64,000 nucleotides of DNA from an uncultured Planctomycetales bacterium (GCA_964583975.1 CAZOXU010000001.1:227552-291551), one strand, 5' to 3'. Positions 19,280 to 29,756 are shown, numbered from the stretch's first letter. Made by a program: numbers and translations. Notes: generated by a model not told the origin, from the letters alone.

Positions 19280-20262
19280 TATATTTTGATGTCCCTAAAA
19301 AATTCTGCCGTCATTTCAGGTGGAATAGGATTAATGTAAAATCCTGTTCCTCTTTCGAAACCAGCCACACGAGTCAATCGCGGTGTCAATTCAATATGCC
19401 AATGATAATCTTCTTCAACCGTGGGGTATTGTTTATAGCGGCCACCTTCTTCAAAAGGAGCTGATTGAATCACATAATTATAAGCTGGATCATTAAGACC
19501 AACTTTAAAGCGCAAAAGAAGTTCTTTAATCATCTGGGCCAATTGATTCTCATAACCCGTAACACCTTGAGCAAAATCGCAACAATGGCGTTTGGGAACA
19601 ATCCAGATTTCAAAAGGAAACCGTGAGGCAAAAGGCATCAAAGCTAAGAATTCACTATTTTCTAGCACCACCCTGTGCCCTTCCTTACGCTCTTCTCGAA
19701 TAAGATCACAGAATAAGCAACGTTCATGAAAATCATAGTATCTTTTAGCACCAGCAATTTTATCTTTAACACGGATAGGATTAACAGGAACAGCCATAAT
19801 CTGAGAACGGGCATGTCCAATAGCGCGGCCACCTGCAGCCACTCCGTAATTCTTATAGGCTAACACATATCGAATATTATGATCTCTGCGATGGATCAAC
19901 ATTCTTTGCGCATAGGTTTCAAAGACTTTTTGAATGTCTTCTAGTGCTAAATCAGCCATATTGGCCACATGTTTTAAAGACTCAACCACGACCTCATGAT
20001 TGCCCCAGCTATTAGAAAATGCATAAAGGCCTTGTTTTTGTTTAACCATGGGCTGAGAATCCACGAAAAACGGAGTTCCGCTTTTAAAAACATTGACCTG
20101 GCCATTGGTAAATATAGGTTTTTCTTGGGATTTGCAAAAAGCACAATCTTGCGGATCGGTCTGATGATTGACGCTTTCAATAAAAGCCGCAGGACGCCTG
20201 GCCCTTTCGGTTGCGACAATCACCCAACGATTAACTATGGAATCTTTACGTATTTGAGGCAT
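19279..20262 (-). CDS. GalT-like HIT-superfamily paralog whose catalytic motif is altered to HARSQ
   Basis: CAFCKS zinc motif. GHARSQ where GalT has HxHxQ, so the nucleophilic second His is Arg. Confidence 0.65.
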   Translation of the reverse strand: MPQIRKDSIVNRWVIVATERARRPAAFIESVNHQTDPQDCAFCKSQEKPIFTNGQVNVFKSGTPFFVDSQPMVKQKQGLYAFSNSWGNHEVVVESLKHVANMADLALEDIQKVFETYAQRMLIHRRDHNIRYVLAYKNYGVAAGGRAIGHARSQIMAVPVNPIRVKDKIAGAKRYYDFHERCLFCDLIREERKEGHRVVLENSEFLALMPFASRFPFEIWIVPKRHCCDFAQGVTGYENQLAQMIKELLLRFKVGLNDPAYNYVIQSAPFEEGGRYKQYPTVEEDYHWHIELTPRLTRVAGFERGTGFYINPIPPEMTAEFFRDIKI

Positions 20263-20324
20263 AAATGAGCACCTGAGGGGTAATTATATCATTGGTTTAA
20301 ATCTGACCAACTCTTTTAAAAAAA

Positions 20325-21248
20325 TTATTCTAGCCTTTGTCCCACCACTAGATGATGACCTTGAACAAAATCATAGGCAGCCCCTGCCTTGGAAGCTTCT
20401 AAATGAACACTTTTAACTAAAAGAGCTTCTTGAGCACATGCAACCACAAAGCCTTGTTTATTAATATCGATAAGAGTTCCTGGTTTCCCGGAATTTTTAA
20501 CTATGCTAGCTTCTAAAATCTTGAGAACCTTTCCCTTATACATACAAAAAGTTCCTGGCCAAGGTCTAAGCCCTCGAATAAGACGCTCAATCTGCGATGC
20601 AGACTGATTCCAATCAATACGTCCCATCTCTTTCGTTAACTTCGCTGCCAAGGTGACTTGGGACTCATCCTGAGTGACACACTTAAACTGTCCTGATACA
20701 ATCTGATCAATCGTCTTGACTAAAAGTTTGGCACCTACATGGGCCATTTGGTGGCGTAACACATCGGCTGTCATATCTTCAGTTAAAGTCATGCGCTCTT
20801 GGGCAATAATATCTCCTGCATCCATCTTGGCATTCATTTTCATGATGGTCACGCCTGTTGCTTCGTCTCCATTAATAATGGCCCAGTTAACTGGTGCCGC
20901 CCCTCGATATTTAGGAAGCAGTGACCCATGGACATTGATACAAAAAACTTTGGGGATATTTAAAATGACTTGAGAGAGAATCTTTCCATACGCTACGACT
21001 ACAAAAAGCTCAGCTTCATAAGATTTAAGGGCTTCGATAACAGAATTTTCTTTTAAAGATTCAGGCTGAAGACAAGCAATCTCATGATCTGAAGCTATTT
21101 GCTTGATCACAGAAAGCGTCATCTTCATGCCTCTTCCCTGGCGGGCATCAGGCTGGGTCACACAGGCAACGACCTCATGAGAACTTAGGATAAGTTCTGT
21201 TAAACACACTCCTGCAAAATCATCACTACCAAAAAATACAATACGCAT
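20325..21248 (-). CDS. fmt: Methionyl-tRNA formyltransferase
   Basis: MRIVFFGSDDFA N-terminus. Formyltransferase core plus C-terminal domain. 307 aa. Confidence 0.85.
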   Translation of the reverse strand: MRIVFFGSDDFAGVCLTELILSSHEVVACVTQPDARQGRGMKMTLSVIKQIASDHEIACLQPESLKENSVIEALKSYEAELFVVVAYGKILSQVILNIPKVFCINVHGSLLPKYRGAAPVNWAIINGDEATGVTIMKMNAKMDAGDIIAQERMTLTEDMTADVLRHQMAHVGAKLLVKTIDQIVSGQFKCVTQDESQVTLAAKLTKEMGRIDWNQSASQIERLIRGLRPWPGTFCMYKGKVLKILEASIVKNSGKPGTLIDINKQGFVVACAQEALLVKSVHLEASKAGAAYDFVQGHHLVVGQRLE

Positions 21249-21250
21249 AA

Positions 21251-22984
21251 TTATGGATCCACATTAAAAGTTACTATGACCTTACCTAATCGCTTCATAT
21301 TACTCATGGTCGCTTTAATAAAAGTTATCATAGCAGCAACGTCTCTGCCTTGCAGCAGAATATTCATACGATACGAATCTCTTTTCTTAAAAATTCCCTC
21401 TACCACTGGTTCGTGGACCTTAATGACCTGAGGTGTTTTATCTAATAGGCCTTGGTAAAGTTTTCCTACTGCAGTCTCCACTAATTTCTGATTCTTATGT
21501 CGTATTTGGATTAATACCTGGTGCCCAAAAGGTACAACTTCCAATTCTTTACGAATACGCATATCTTCATGATAAAAAATATCTCGATCTCCTTTAAGGA
21601 GGGCTTGGATCACATAATGATCAGGATTCAGACTTTGAATCAAATACTGCTGCAAAGCTAAATGTCCTACTTCATGTGCCAAATTAAAAGCACGATAACA
21701 CGAACGCACATCCAAACGATTGAGTTCCCCATCAATGTCCAGCAAAGCAACAAAATTAGCTTTAATGTTGTCTTTAAACCTCAATAAAGCAACTGTACCA
21801 ATCAAAACGTCAAAATTTTTGCTTGGCTCATCCATGCCCCGCTCGAATGCCTCAATTCGAGCCAAGGGGTATTTATCTTGCAAGGCTTTTTGAAGCTGTT
21901 CTACCCCTAAACCCCAAGATTTCCATGAAGGCTTTTTGCAGGTGGGACAAACTACTTCACCGGGGAAATGAAATGAACAATGCCGACAGGCATAAACTTT
22001 CTTGACCCTCGAATATGTCATGGCGCTGTCACAGCGTTGGCATTTAAGAACGAAACCACACTCCGAGCATCGGGTCATGGCAAAAGAACCACGATGATTA
22101 AAGACCAGCACTGATTTAGACTTTTTGCTAATATTGCTTTCCAAAGTGCTTAAGACTGCTGGGGACAGACTTCCTCGCCACAGAGTTTTATAATTATTTA
22201 AATCAACGATTTGAGGTTTAATAAGATTCCCTTGCAGTGATTCTTTGATCAGCACTTCTTTCTTAACTACTAAATCCATCAACTCTACCGAAGGCAGGCT
22301 GCTCATGAAAGCAACAATCATATTTTCTTTACGTGCACGCATTAAAAGAACATCGCGTGTTTCGTACATAGGGGTTTGTTCCTGTTTATATGATGGGTCG
22401 CTTTCATCGATCATGACAACCAAAGATATATCTAAAAATGGTCGAAATACCTGTGATCTGGTTCCAATGACAAAACTTCTCCGAGGTAGACTTTGAAGCT
22501 GTGACTCAATCGATAGGGCCACAAATTGATCTGGCACTAAAATCAATGTGCGTTCATTGTTGGCAGATAAAGGTTTAATGAGATCGATGAGAGTCTTTTG
22601 ATATTCGCCTGAAGAAATAAGATATAGATTTACAGAAGATTTGGATTTTTTGGGCAATGCTGATTCTGTTTCCTGATTCTTACAACCACGCAGAATAGTA
22701 AAGATAGCCTCCCCCAAGGAACATCCATAGTAACCACTGAGTTCCCGAGCCAGATCTATCTGTGCTAAATACAGCACAGGAAACTGTTCATCAATATCTT
22801 TGATTTCTTTGAGATTAGCAAAATTACTTTTGTCCGTTATCTCAACAACTACTCCTGAAACTTTCTTGGTTCCCAGAAAAACTTTGACGCAAGAACCAAT
22901 ACCCAAACGATCGTGTAAATGCAAAGGAATTAAATAATCAAAAGATTTTTCTAAAGGAAGGTCAAAAACGACTTTTGCAAACAT
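21251..22984 (-). CDS. priA: Primosomal protein N' (PriA) homolog with degenerate helicase motifs
   Basis: PriA N-terminal 3'-DNA-binding region and Cys4 zinc-binding insert (CSECG..CQRCD..CRHC..CPTC). Walker A is SSGEYQKT, not GSGKT. Motif II is DESD, not DEEH. Motif III is SSL, not SAT. Confidence 0.7.
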   Translation of the reverse strand: MFAKVVFDLPLEKSFDYLIPLHLHDRLGIGSCVKVFLGTKKVSGVVVEITDKSNFANLKEIKDIDEQFPVLYLAQIDLARELSGYYGCSLGEAIFTILRGCKNQETESALPKKSKSSVNLYLISSGEYQKTLIDLIKPLSANNERTLILVPDQFVALSIESQLQSLPRRSFVIGTRSQVFRPFLDISLVVMIDESDPSYKQEQTPMYETRDVLLMRARKENMIVAFMSSLPSVELMDLVVKKEVLIKESLQGNLIKPQIVDLNNYKTLWRGSLSPAVLSTLESNISKKSKSVLVFNHRGSFAMTRCSECGFVLKCQRCDSAMTYSRVKKVYACRHCSFHFPGEVVCPTCKKPSWKSWGLGVEQLQKALQDKYPLARIEAFERGMDEPSKNFDVLIGTVALLRFKDNIKANFVALLDIDGELNRLDVRSCYRAFNLAHEVGHLALQQYLIQSLNPDHYVIQALLKGDRDIFYHEDMRIRKELEVVPFGHQVLIQIRHKNQKLVETAVGKLYQGLLDKTPQVIKVHEPVVEGIFKKRDSYRMNILLQGRDVAAMITFIKATMSNMKRLGKVIVTFNVDP

Positions 22985-22986
22985 GG

Positions 22987-24075
22987 TTAGGCGATTAACG
23001 AAATGATGTCCTTAACAGCATTGGGTTTAGATAAAACACCAAGCTTTCCACGAAGAGTTTCATAGGCTTGAGGGTTCGCGCTTAAATCATCTAATTTATT
23101 CACAATATCCATGACTCCACCCTGCTCGGAGGCTGCCTCATATTTAATAAGCACGTCAATATTTCCTGTTTCCTGCCCTGGAATCGCACTAAAGAAAAGC
23201 ATAGGTAATCGTTTCACCAGAGCTTCAGCAATCGAAAGACCTCCGGGCTTGGTAACCATAACATCGGCCGCTGACATAAGTTCATCCATATTATTAACCA
23301 ATCCGAAAATATGGACCCTATCGTTGGCTCTAGATTTTAGTTTGTCATACACCTGACGATTGTGCCCACAAACAACTAGCAGCTGATACCCACCCTTTAA
23401 AACTTCAATCAATTCTTCCAAAGGTCCCATACCAAAAGAACCTGTTGCCAGAAGAACTGTAAAAAGATCTGATTGAATTTTAAGCTGCTGACGCATCTGG
23501 AATTTCTCGACATTCACAGCAAACTTTTCATCGGTTGGAATTCCTGTAACAAATACCCGATCAGCACTAATACCAAAACTTTCAATTCTTTTCTTAGTAA
23601 ATTCACTGGCCCCCGTATACATATCAACACCATTATTAATCCATATTGGATGTACATCAAAATCGGTGACTGTACAAATAACTTTGGACTGGATCTGCCC
23701 GGTACGTTTTAAATAAGCACTGATCTCGGCCGACATGAAATGAGTCGTAATAACAACATCAAACTTCCCTTCTTTAAGAAACTTGACCAAAGGGCCAGCA
23801 TTGATGGCATGATAAATTCGACGAACCAGACGAACCAAAGGTAACAGAAAAGGTAAACCTACCAGCCAGAAAAAGAACCCCCAAAGGCCTGGGGCCTTAG
23901 TGACAAAGAAAACATAAGCTGCAGGATAGGTTTTTTTAAAGAAGGGATTTGTATAATCCAGAGAATCAATGATCTGAACGTGATGGGTACTATGGCGCAA
24001 AAGCCCATTATAAATAGCTTCGGCAGCTTTCTTATGACCGGCGCCTGCTGTTGCGTGTATGAGGAGAATTTTCAT
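22987..24075 (-). CDS. GT28-family glycosyltransferase (MGDG synthase / UgtP-like diacylglycerol glycosyltransferase)
   Basis: MKILLIHATAGAGHKKAAEAI N-terminus typical of the MGDG_synth/UgtP family. C-terminal GT-B domain. Confidence 0.65.
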   Translation of the reverse strand: MKILLIHATAGAGHKKAAEAIYNGLLRHSTHHVQIIDSLDYTNPFFKKTYPAAYVFFVTKAPGLWGFFFWLVGLPFLLPLVRLVRRIYHAINAGPLVKFLKEGKFDVVITTHFMSAEISAYLKRTGQIQSKVICTVTDFDVHPIWINNGVDMYTGASEFTKKRIESFGISADRVFVTGIPTDEKFAVNVEKFQMRQQLKIQSDLFTVLLATGSFGMGPLEELIEVLKGGYQLLVVCGHNRQVYDKLKSRANDRVHIFGLVNNMDELMSAADVMVTKPGGLSIAEALVKRLPMLFFSAIPGQETGNIDVLIKYEAASEQGGVMDIVNKLDDLSANPQAYETLRGKLGVLSKPNAVKDIISLIA

Positions 24076-24622
24076 GGTTTAAAATAATATCCACTGCTGC
24101 TTCTAAATTGGCTACAACAAAATGAGGCTTACTGGATGTTGCTTTAAAATCTTTTAATCGATCCCGCCCTGTTTCAACCAAAATAGTCTTTAGACCTGCC
24201 TTGTGACCTGCCTCGATATCTTTCTCAGTATCTCCAACAAAATAACCATTTTTAACTAAAGAGAGGCTTTTATGAACGCTGGCTAAAGCTTTTTTAATAT
24301 TACCAATGCCCGGTTTACGACAATCACACCCCTCATTGGGTGCATGGGTACAATAAAAGATGCCATCAAATCTAACGTTCTTAAGCTTAGCAATCTTCAA
24401 AAGTTTAGCTGTAATCTGGTCTAATTTCTTTTGGCTGATTATACCACGACCAACACAAGCTTGATTAGAGATAATAAATACTATAAACTTCGCCTGCTTC
24501 AACCTTTGGATGGCTAACATCACCTTAGGCAAAATATGAAAATCTTTGAGCTTTGTTACGTAATCGCCATCGCCCGGGTACTGATTAATAACACCATCTC
24601 TATCCAAAAAAACAACGTTCAT
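24032..24622 (-). CDS. gmhB: D,D-heptose 1,7-bisphosphate phosphatase-like HAD-IIIA hydrolase (GmhB-like)
   Basis: VFLDRDGVIN motif I. HAD IIIA architecture with the Cys-rich Zn site of GmhB (CTHAPNEGCDCRKP). Confidence 0.7.
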   Translation of the reverse strand: MNVVFLDRDGVINQYPGDGDYVTKLKDFHILPKVMLAIQRLKQAKFIVFIISNQACVGRGIISQKKLDQITAKLLKIAKLKNVRFDGIFYCTHAPNEGCDCRKPGIGNIKKALASVHKSLSLVKNGYFVGDTEKDIEAGHKAGLKTILVETGRDRLKDFKATSSKPHFVVANLEAAVDIILNHENSPHTRNSRRRS

Positions 24623-25425
24623 ACAGCAGCTTTTTTCTTTAGATAATCCAAGTAATAACCTTTTTCTTTGATCTCTACATACTTACTATACGCTGCAAAT
24701 TCATAAAGAGCGCTTGAAACCGACAAAACCAATCCCCAATAGCCATCCTTATAACCTTTTTTACCCACATAACGTCTAAAGAAACGATCAATGGTACGCC
24801 ACATGGCCTTGCCTTGGCTCATTTTACGGCCATCGAGATGCCACTTCAAAGCTTCTAAGGTCGACATGCGATTGACTTTCTGAAATACATCTTCCACATT
24901 CTTATAGTTATAGTGAATGAGTGAGGCCTTTAAGTTAGCTCCCTTATACCCTTGGGCAGTACGCATTCCTGGATGAACTACATCAAACTCACTTTCATTC
25001 CATGTGACGTATTTTCTGTTATAAAAACGTAAATGCGGATTCGACCAACCGCCATATTTAATCTGAACATCTCCCAGATAACACATCTGAGGGATCCAGA
25101 AAGCTATGGTCTTTTCAGGAGGGCTACTTAATATTTGCTCTATTTCTTTTTTTAAATCAGCAGTGGGTCTTTCATCGCAATCGAGCAACATCACCCAATC
25201 ATTGCTTGCTTGAGAGACAGCAAAATTGCGTTGACGTCCTTCTAAGTCCATAGCTCGCTGAAAAATTTTATTAGTATACCGAGCTGCTATCTCACGGGTT
25301 TGGTCGGTACTTTGGTCATCGACCACAACGATTTCATTAGCCCAACCATAGACACTTTCTAAACAATCTTTGATGCGATTTTGTTCATTTTTAGCAATAA
25401 TCACTATGCTTAAAGGTAATGCCAT
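24619..25425 (-). CDS. Glycosyltransferase family 2. The track ORF extends to 25530; the likely start is MALPLSIVIIAKNE.
   Basis: LSIVIIAKNEQNRIKDCLESV..VVVDDQSTDQT GT2 signature. Confidence 0.75.
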   Translation of the reverse strand: MALPLSIVIIAKNEQNRIKDCLESVYGWANEIVVVDDQSTDQTREIAARYTNKIFQRAMDLEGRQRNFAVSQASNDWVMLLDCDERPTADLKKEIEQILSSPPEKTIAFWIPQMCYLGDVQIKYGGWSNPHLRFYNRKYVTWNESEFDVVHPGMRTAQGYKGANLKASLIHYNYKNVEDVFQKVNRMSTLEALKWHLDGRKMSQGKAMWRTIDRFFRRYVGKKGYKDGYWGLVLSVSSALYEFAAYSKYVEIKEKGYYLDYLKKKAAV

Positions 25426-26720
25426 TACTTTTCTCTCCTTGATGCCTTGAGTTGTTGTCCCACTTTTTCTAAACTTAGCAAAAGTCCTATAAAAAACCAC
25501 CACAGCAAACTTAACTGTAAAGATTCCCAAGGGGTGTCGAGTAAACTATGTATGAGCCACGCAATGATCCCAAAAAATATTCCACAGCCCAGCAAGTATA
25601 ATTCATATTGAAATTTTAAAGAATTCAGTATTTTAAATCCTTTAAAAAACAAAGCCAAAAAAAACCATAAATAAAGTAGTAATCCAACGATTCCGAGTTC
25701 GGTCGTCACATGCAAAAGACTGTTATGCGGATACTCAACCGGACCAAGCCCTAGCTGTTGAAGTGTTTGAATATAGGTATTGTAGCCACAGCCAAACCAA
25801 GGGAAACGTCGGATCACTTCGATGGCCGTCTGCCAATACTCGATCCTTTGAGAAGGATTTAAAAATTGCACACTGTTTTGCTCAATCGAATCTTTAGGAA
25901 AAATGTCAGTACGCATATTAGTAAAATACACCCCAAAGAACCAGAAAAACACAACCAGCAAAACAATAACCAATGCTGCCCACCGGTATTTCTGTAGAAA
26001 AATACAGCCTCCTAACATGGTGGCAATAAAGGCAACCCACGCTCCGCGAGAAAAAGTAAACCCTAAAGACACCAGGATCAAACACAAAAGTATTCCGCCG
26101 AGTGCGCTGAAAAATAGTATGTATTGTTTTTTGAATAAAAGAGGCATCCAAAAGCCTCGGGTCAGAAGCATGGTTATTGTGACTGGTAAAACAGTCACTA
26201 ACAATGTTCCTAAATCATTAGGATGTCTCATAGAACCTGAAACACGTTGAAATAATAAGGTGTGTTTATGGAAAATAAAACTGTGTCCCAAGGTGTATTG
26301 CAACATAACATCTACCGTGACAACCAAAAGAGTCCACATCAAAAAAACCAAAAGACGGCATAGTCGTTTGGGAGATTGAATAATTTCAACAATGACGTAC
26401 ATCAAGAAAACTTGCTGCAAGAATCGCGAGAAAAATTTCTTTAGACTCAGGGCTGGCGCATGACTCCAAGGGATTGTTAGAACAATCAACAATCCAATAA
26501 TAAGTAATGGCATGGCAGGACTAAGAGGAGAAAATTTTAAATTAGAAAAAATATTCTGATGTGGATTACTCTTCCATATCAAAGAGTGTTTGACCAACCA
26601 GGCAACGATAATAAGTATTAAACAACCTTGTGTGACCGCTGCCGAATAGGGCACAAAGATAATCAAGACCAATAGGGCAAAAAACATAACCCTATCCCAC
26701 ACTTTTATTGCATCGGTCAT
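25425..26720 (-). CDS. O-antigen ligase family (Wzy_C) membrane protein
   Basis: Multi-TM 431-aa protein with a periplasmic loop carrying the H..SLLHV..ELGIVGL motif typical of Wzy_C. Confidence 0.6.
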   Translation of the reverse strand: MTDAIKVWDRVMFFALLVLIIFVPYSAAVTQGCLILIIVAWLVKHSLIWKSNPHQNIFSNLKFSPLSPAMPLLIIGLLIVLTIPWSHAPALSLKKFFSRFLQQVFLMYVIVEIIQSPKRLCRLLVFLMWTLLVVTVDVMLQYTLGHSFIFHKHTLLFQRVSGSMRHPNDLGTLLVTVLPVTITMLLTRGFWMPLLFKKQYILFFSALGGILLCLILVSLGFTFSRGAWVAFIATMLGGCIFLQKYRWAALVIVLLVVFFWFFGVYFTNMRTDIFPKDSIEQNSVQFLNPSQRIEYWQTAIEVIRRFPWFGCGYNTYIQTLQQLGLGPVEYPHNSLLHVTTELGIVGLLLYLWFFLALFFKGFKILNSLKFQYELYLLGCGIFFGIIAWLIHSLLDTPWESLQLSLLWWFFIGLLLSLEKVGQQLKASRREK

Positions 26721-27817
26721 AAAGATTCTTTCAAAACCTTAATAACTACTTCAATTTGTTCCTGGCTGATATGTGGAAACATCGGCAGACTCAAAATATT
26801 ATTCGCCACCTTCTCTGCTACAGGCAAAACTCCTTTTTTATACCCTAGGTCAGAATAAGCCTCCTGTAAATGTAAAGGAATAGGATAATGGATCAAGACC
26901 CCTATACCTTTATTCTTCATAGTTTCCATGACTCGATCTCGATTAGGAACACAGATGGCATAGGTTTGAAAGACGTGGGTACGGTCACTCGCAGTAATAG
27001 GAGCAACGACCCCTGGAATGGAACTTAATAATTTTGCATAAGAGGCAGCTTTTTGAGCTCGCATGTCATTCCATTGATCCAAATGTTTTAATTTGGCATT
27101 AAGGACGACCGCTTGCAAAGTATCTAAACGAGAATTAGTCCCTTTAATTTTGTGTTCATAACGTCCTTTACGGCCGTAATCACGAAGCATTAGAGCTCGC
27201 TCATAAATTTCTTTGTTGTTGGTGACAATCATTCCTGCATCACCACAAGCTCCCAAACTTTTGGTTGGATAAAAAGAAAAACAAGCTACATCTCCTAGAG
27301 AACCCACTCTTTTGCCCTTATAACGAGAACCGTGAGCTTGCGCTGCATCTTCGACCACCTTTATGCCATGCTTACGTGCAATCGCAATGATCTCATCCAT
27401 ATTGGCAGGTTGGCCATAAATATGAACAGGGATGACAGCTTTGGTTTTTTTAGTAATGGCTCGTTCAAAAGATTTTGGATCAATATTGTAAGTTTTTTCT
27501 TCAATATCAACAAAAACCACCTTGGCACGACAAAAAGATACACATAAAGCGGTTGCAATAAAAGTATGCGTAGGAACAATTACTTCATCACCTTCTTGAA
27601 TATCAATGGCTTGAAGGGCTAAATGCAAAGCATCAGTTCCCGAATTGACTCCTACTCCATATTGGACTTCGCAGTAGCGGGCAAAAGCATTTTCAAATAT
27701 TTGGGCTTGTTCCCCAAGGATAAAATCACCCTTTTCAAACACTTTTTTGAAACCGGCATCAACTTCGTCCTTAATTAATTGATTCTGTTCTTTGAAATCG
27801 ATAAATGAAACATTCAT
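26717..27817 (-). CDS. DegT/DnrJ/EryC1/StrS-family PLP-dependent sugar aminotransferase
   Basis: GTDALHLAL and the family-typical lysine region. 366 aa. Confidence 0.85.
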   Translation of the reverse strand: MNVSFIDFKEQNQLIKDEVDAGFKKVFEKGDFILGEQAQIFENAFARYCEVQYGVGVNSGTDALHLALQAIDIQEGDEVIVPTHTFIATALCVSFCRAKVVFVDIEEKTYNIDPKSFERAITKKTKAVIPVHIYGQPANMDEIIAIARKHGIKVVEDAAQAHGSRYKGKRVGSLGDVACFSFYPTKSLGACGDAGMIVTNNKEIYERALMLRDYGRKGRYEHKIKGTNSRLDTLQAVVLNAKLKHLDQWNDMRAQKAASYAKLLSSIPGVVAPITASDRTHVFQTYAICVPNRDRVMETMKNKGIGVLIHYPIPLHLQEAYSDLGYKKGVLPVAEKVANNILSLPMFPHISQEQIEVVIKVLKESL

Positions 27818-27834
27818 AACACTTGCACCTTTCT

Positions 27835-27883
27835 AGTACGGGCGACCCGCCTGCCGGCGAGGCAGGGGTTACCTCGCCCCTAC
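27835..27883 (-). repeat. Copy (a) of the dispersed GC-rich hairpin repeat. Extended variant with a nested hairpin: AGTACGGGCGA-[CCCGCCTGCCGGCGAGGCAGGGG]-TTACCTCGCCCCTAC.
   Basis: Shares TGTACGG..stem..CCCCTAC termini with the four other copies. Its 3' CTA overlaps the TAG stop of the upstream GT9 gene. Confidence 0.6.
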
Positions 27884-28917
27884 AACATCTTTTCTATTTT
27901 TTCATAAACTTCTTCTACGGTTAATTGATTTAAACAAGCTAAATGTTCGCAATGTGCTTTACGAAACTGTCGATAACAAGGCTGACAGGGTAAATTCTTT
28001 TGGATAACAATATCTCCTGATACTGAATAAGGCCCATATACACGCGGGTCTACAGGACCAAAAATAGAGAATGTCTTGACCCCAGCGGCCACCGCCACAT
28101 GCAGAGGACCACCATCGTTAACAATCGCTAAGCGACACAGTTTAAGCAAAGCAGCCATCTGAAGAAGATTGGTTTTACCAACTGCATCATAGACGGAGTT
28201 TGAACCTTGACGGGTCAATTCTTGGCATAATAACTGGTCTTTAAAATCACCCATCAGTATAACGGCAGCCTCTTTTTTTGCAACGATTTTATCGACTAGA
28301 AAAGCATATTGTTGGGCTGGCCAGTGTTTTTGCGAGGCTTGTTTGCCCCAGCTGGCCCCACCTCCTGGAATAACTGCAATTAAAGGACAATTTAGATCAA
28401 TCCCCTGCTCTTTAAGCCAATCTCGAGCCCATTGTTGAGCAGGACCATCAGGAAAAATCTGCAAAGATCTTTCCTGAGACGGGACATTAATAATTTTCAA
28501 CAAATCCAAATAATAATCCACCACATGCCTACCTTCATAACCTTCTAAAATAATTCGATCGGTTAAAAACCGCCCGCGTGAACGATAATCGTATCCGATG
28601 CGCTGCTTAATGCCACAAGCCATGGTAAAGAATCCAAACGATGCATTGAGCGAAAAATCAAAAACCATATCAAAATGTTCTTTTTGAATGTCTTGATATA
28701 AACGCATCCATGAGGCAATCAAATCTTTCTTGAATTCATCGCGCTCATAAATATAAACACGATTAATCTGGGGATTACTTTCAACAATAGGCTGGGCACG
28801 GCGATTAGCTATGTAAGCAATAAAAGCCTGTGGATAGGCTCTTCGTAAATTGGCAATTAACGGTGTGGTAAATAAAACATCCCCAATGCCAAAAGGATTA
28901 ATTAAAAGGATTTTCAT
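27880..28917 (-). CDS. Glycosyltransferase family 9 (LPS heptosyltransferase)
   Basis: MKILLINPFGIGDVLFTTPLIANLRRAYP N-terminus characteristic of RfaC/RfaF-type heptosyltransferases. Confidence 0.8.
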   Translation of the reverse strand: MKILLINPFGIGDVLFTTPLIANLRRAYPQAFIAYIANRRAQPIVESNPQINRVYIYERDEFKKDLIASWMRLYQDIQKEHFDMVFDFSLNASFGFFTMACGIKQRIGYDYRSRGRFLTDRIILEGYEGRHVVDYYLDLLKIINVPSQERSLQIFPDGPAQQWARDWLKEQGIDLNCPLIAVIPGGGASWGKQASQKHWPAQQYAFLVDKIVAKKEAAVILMGDFKDQLLCQELTRQGSNSVYDAVGKTNLLQMAALLKLCRLAIVNDGGPLHVAVAAGVKTFSIFGPVDPRVYGPYSVSGDIVIQKNLPCQPCYRQFRKAHCEHLACLNQLTVEEVYEKIEKML

Positions 28918-29756
28918 ACGATCTTATCTTTAACTCGGCGACCAGTTTTAAAACGTATTTGGAAAATCTTTAAAGGATTCCACCAATGGCGCTGGTGAAT
29001 TTCTCTCAAATCCTGCTGACTTATCGGATGTGCAGCAATTAATTTGTTCATCACAGCAGGATGTGAACCAAAATAAATAGGAAAACGTTTCAAATCACCA
29101 AATTCATAGCGGCCTGTCTTTTGTTCAGTTGTTCGATCTTCCGACCAAATTTCTCCTTGGTTCAAACGGCGCTTTGCCATCACTTCTTCATTAAAAACCC
29201 AACCATAGTGATAAAGAAAACAACCTGTATTCTTGTGACGTAACGGTTTGCCATCGATGCGCTCAAACGCAAAGGCATCCCCCATCGAACGGATCTGACC
29301 ATTGTTACGGACAATGCGATCCTGTTTTTGATACCAACCTTTATCAATGCGATAACGGAAATGGCTTCCATAAAAATGGAACCATTTAAAGCGCAGGGCA
29401 TCGACGGTTGGATCATCAAGACAATACTGCATCGCTTGTTTTAATTTAAGAAGGTCCTGTTCGTGAATAACTTCATCGGTCTGCAAATAAAACGCCCAGT
29501 CTCCCTTACATTCTTTTAAAGCAATATTAGTTTGATCAGCTAGTACAGTGGGACCTTTTTTCATGTCCCAAACTGTTTGGATAATGCGAATCTTAGGACT
29601 TTTAATACTTTGAATTAATGCCAAGGTTGCATCTTCGCTCTCACCCACATTAACAATAAATTCATCACATATCGATAAAATGGAATGGATAGATTCAAGG
29701 ACGGGATACTGTAATTTAACGGCATTGCGTACGATAGTAAATCCACTAATTTTCAT
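28914..29756 (-). CDS. Glycosyltransferase, GT2-like
   Basis: FTIVRNA..YP..ESI.SIL..DE..V..G.S.D.T GT-A-like N-terminal pattern. Confidence 0.45.
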   Translation of the reverse strand: MKISGFTIVRNAVKLQYPVLESIHSILSICDEFIVNVGESEDATLALIQSIKSPKIRIIQTVWDMKKGPTVLADQTNIALKECKGDWAFYLQTDEVIHEQDLLKLKQAMQYCLDDPTVDALRFKWFHFYGSHFRYRIDKGWYQKQDRIVRNNGQIRSMGDAFAFERIDGKPLRHKNTGCFLYHYGWVFNEEVMAKRRLNQGEIWSEDRTTEQKTGRYEFGDLKRFPIYFGSHPAVMNKLIAAHPISQQDLREIHQRHWWNPLKIFQIRFKTGRRVKDKIV

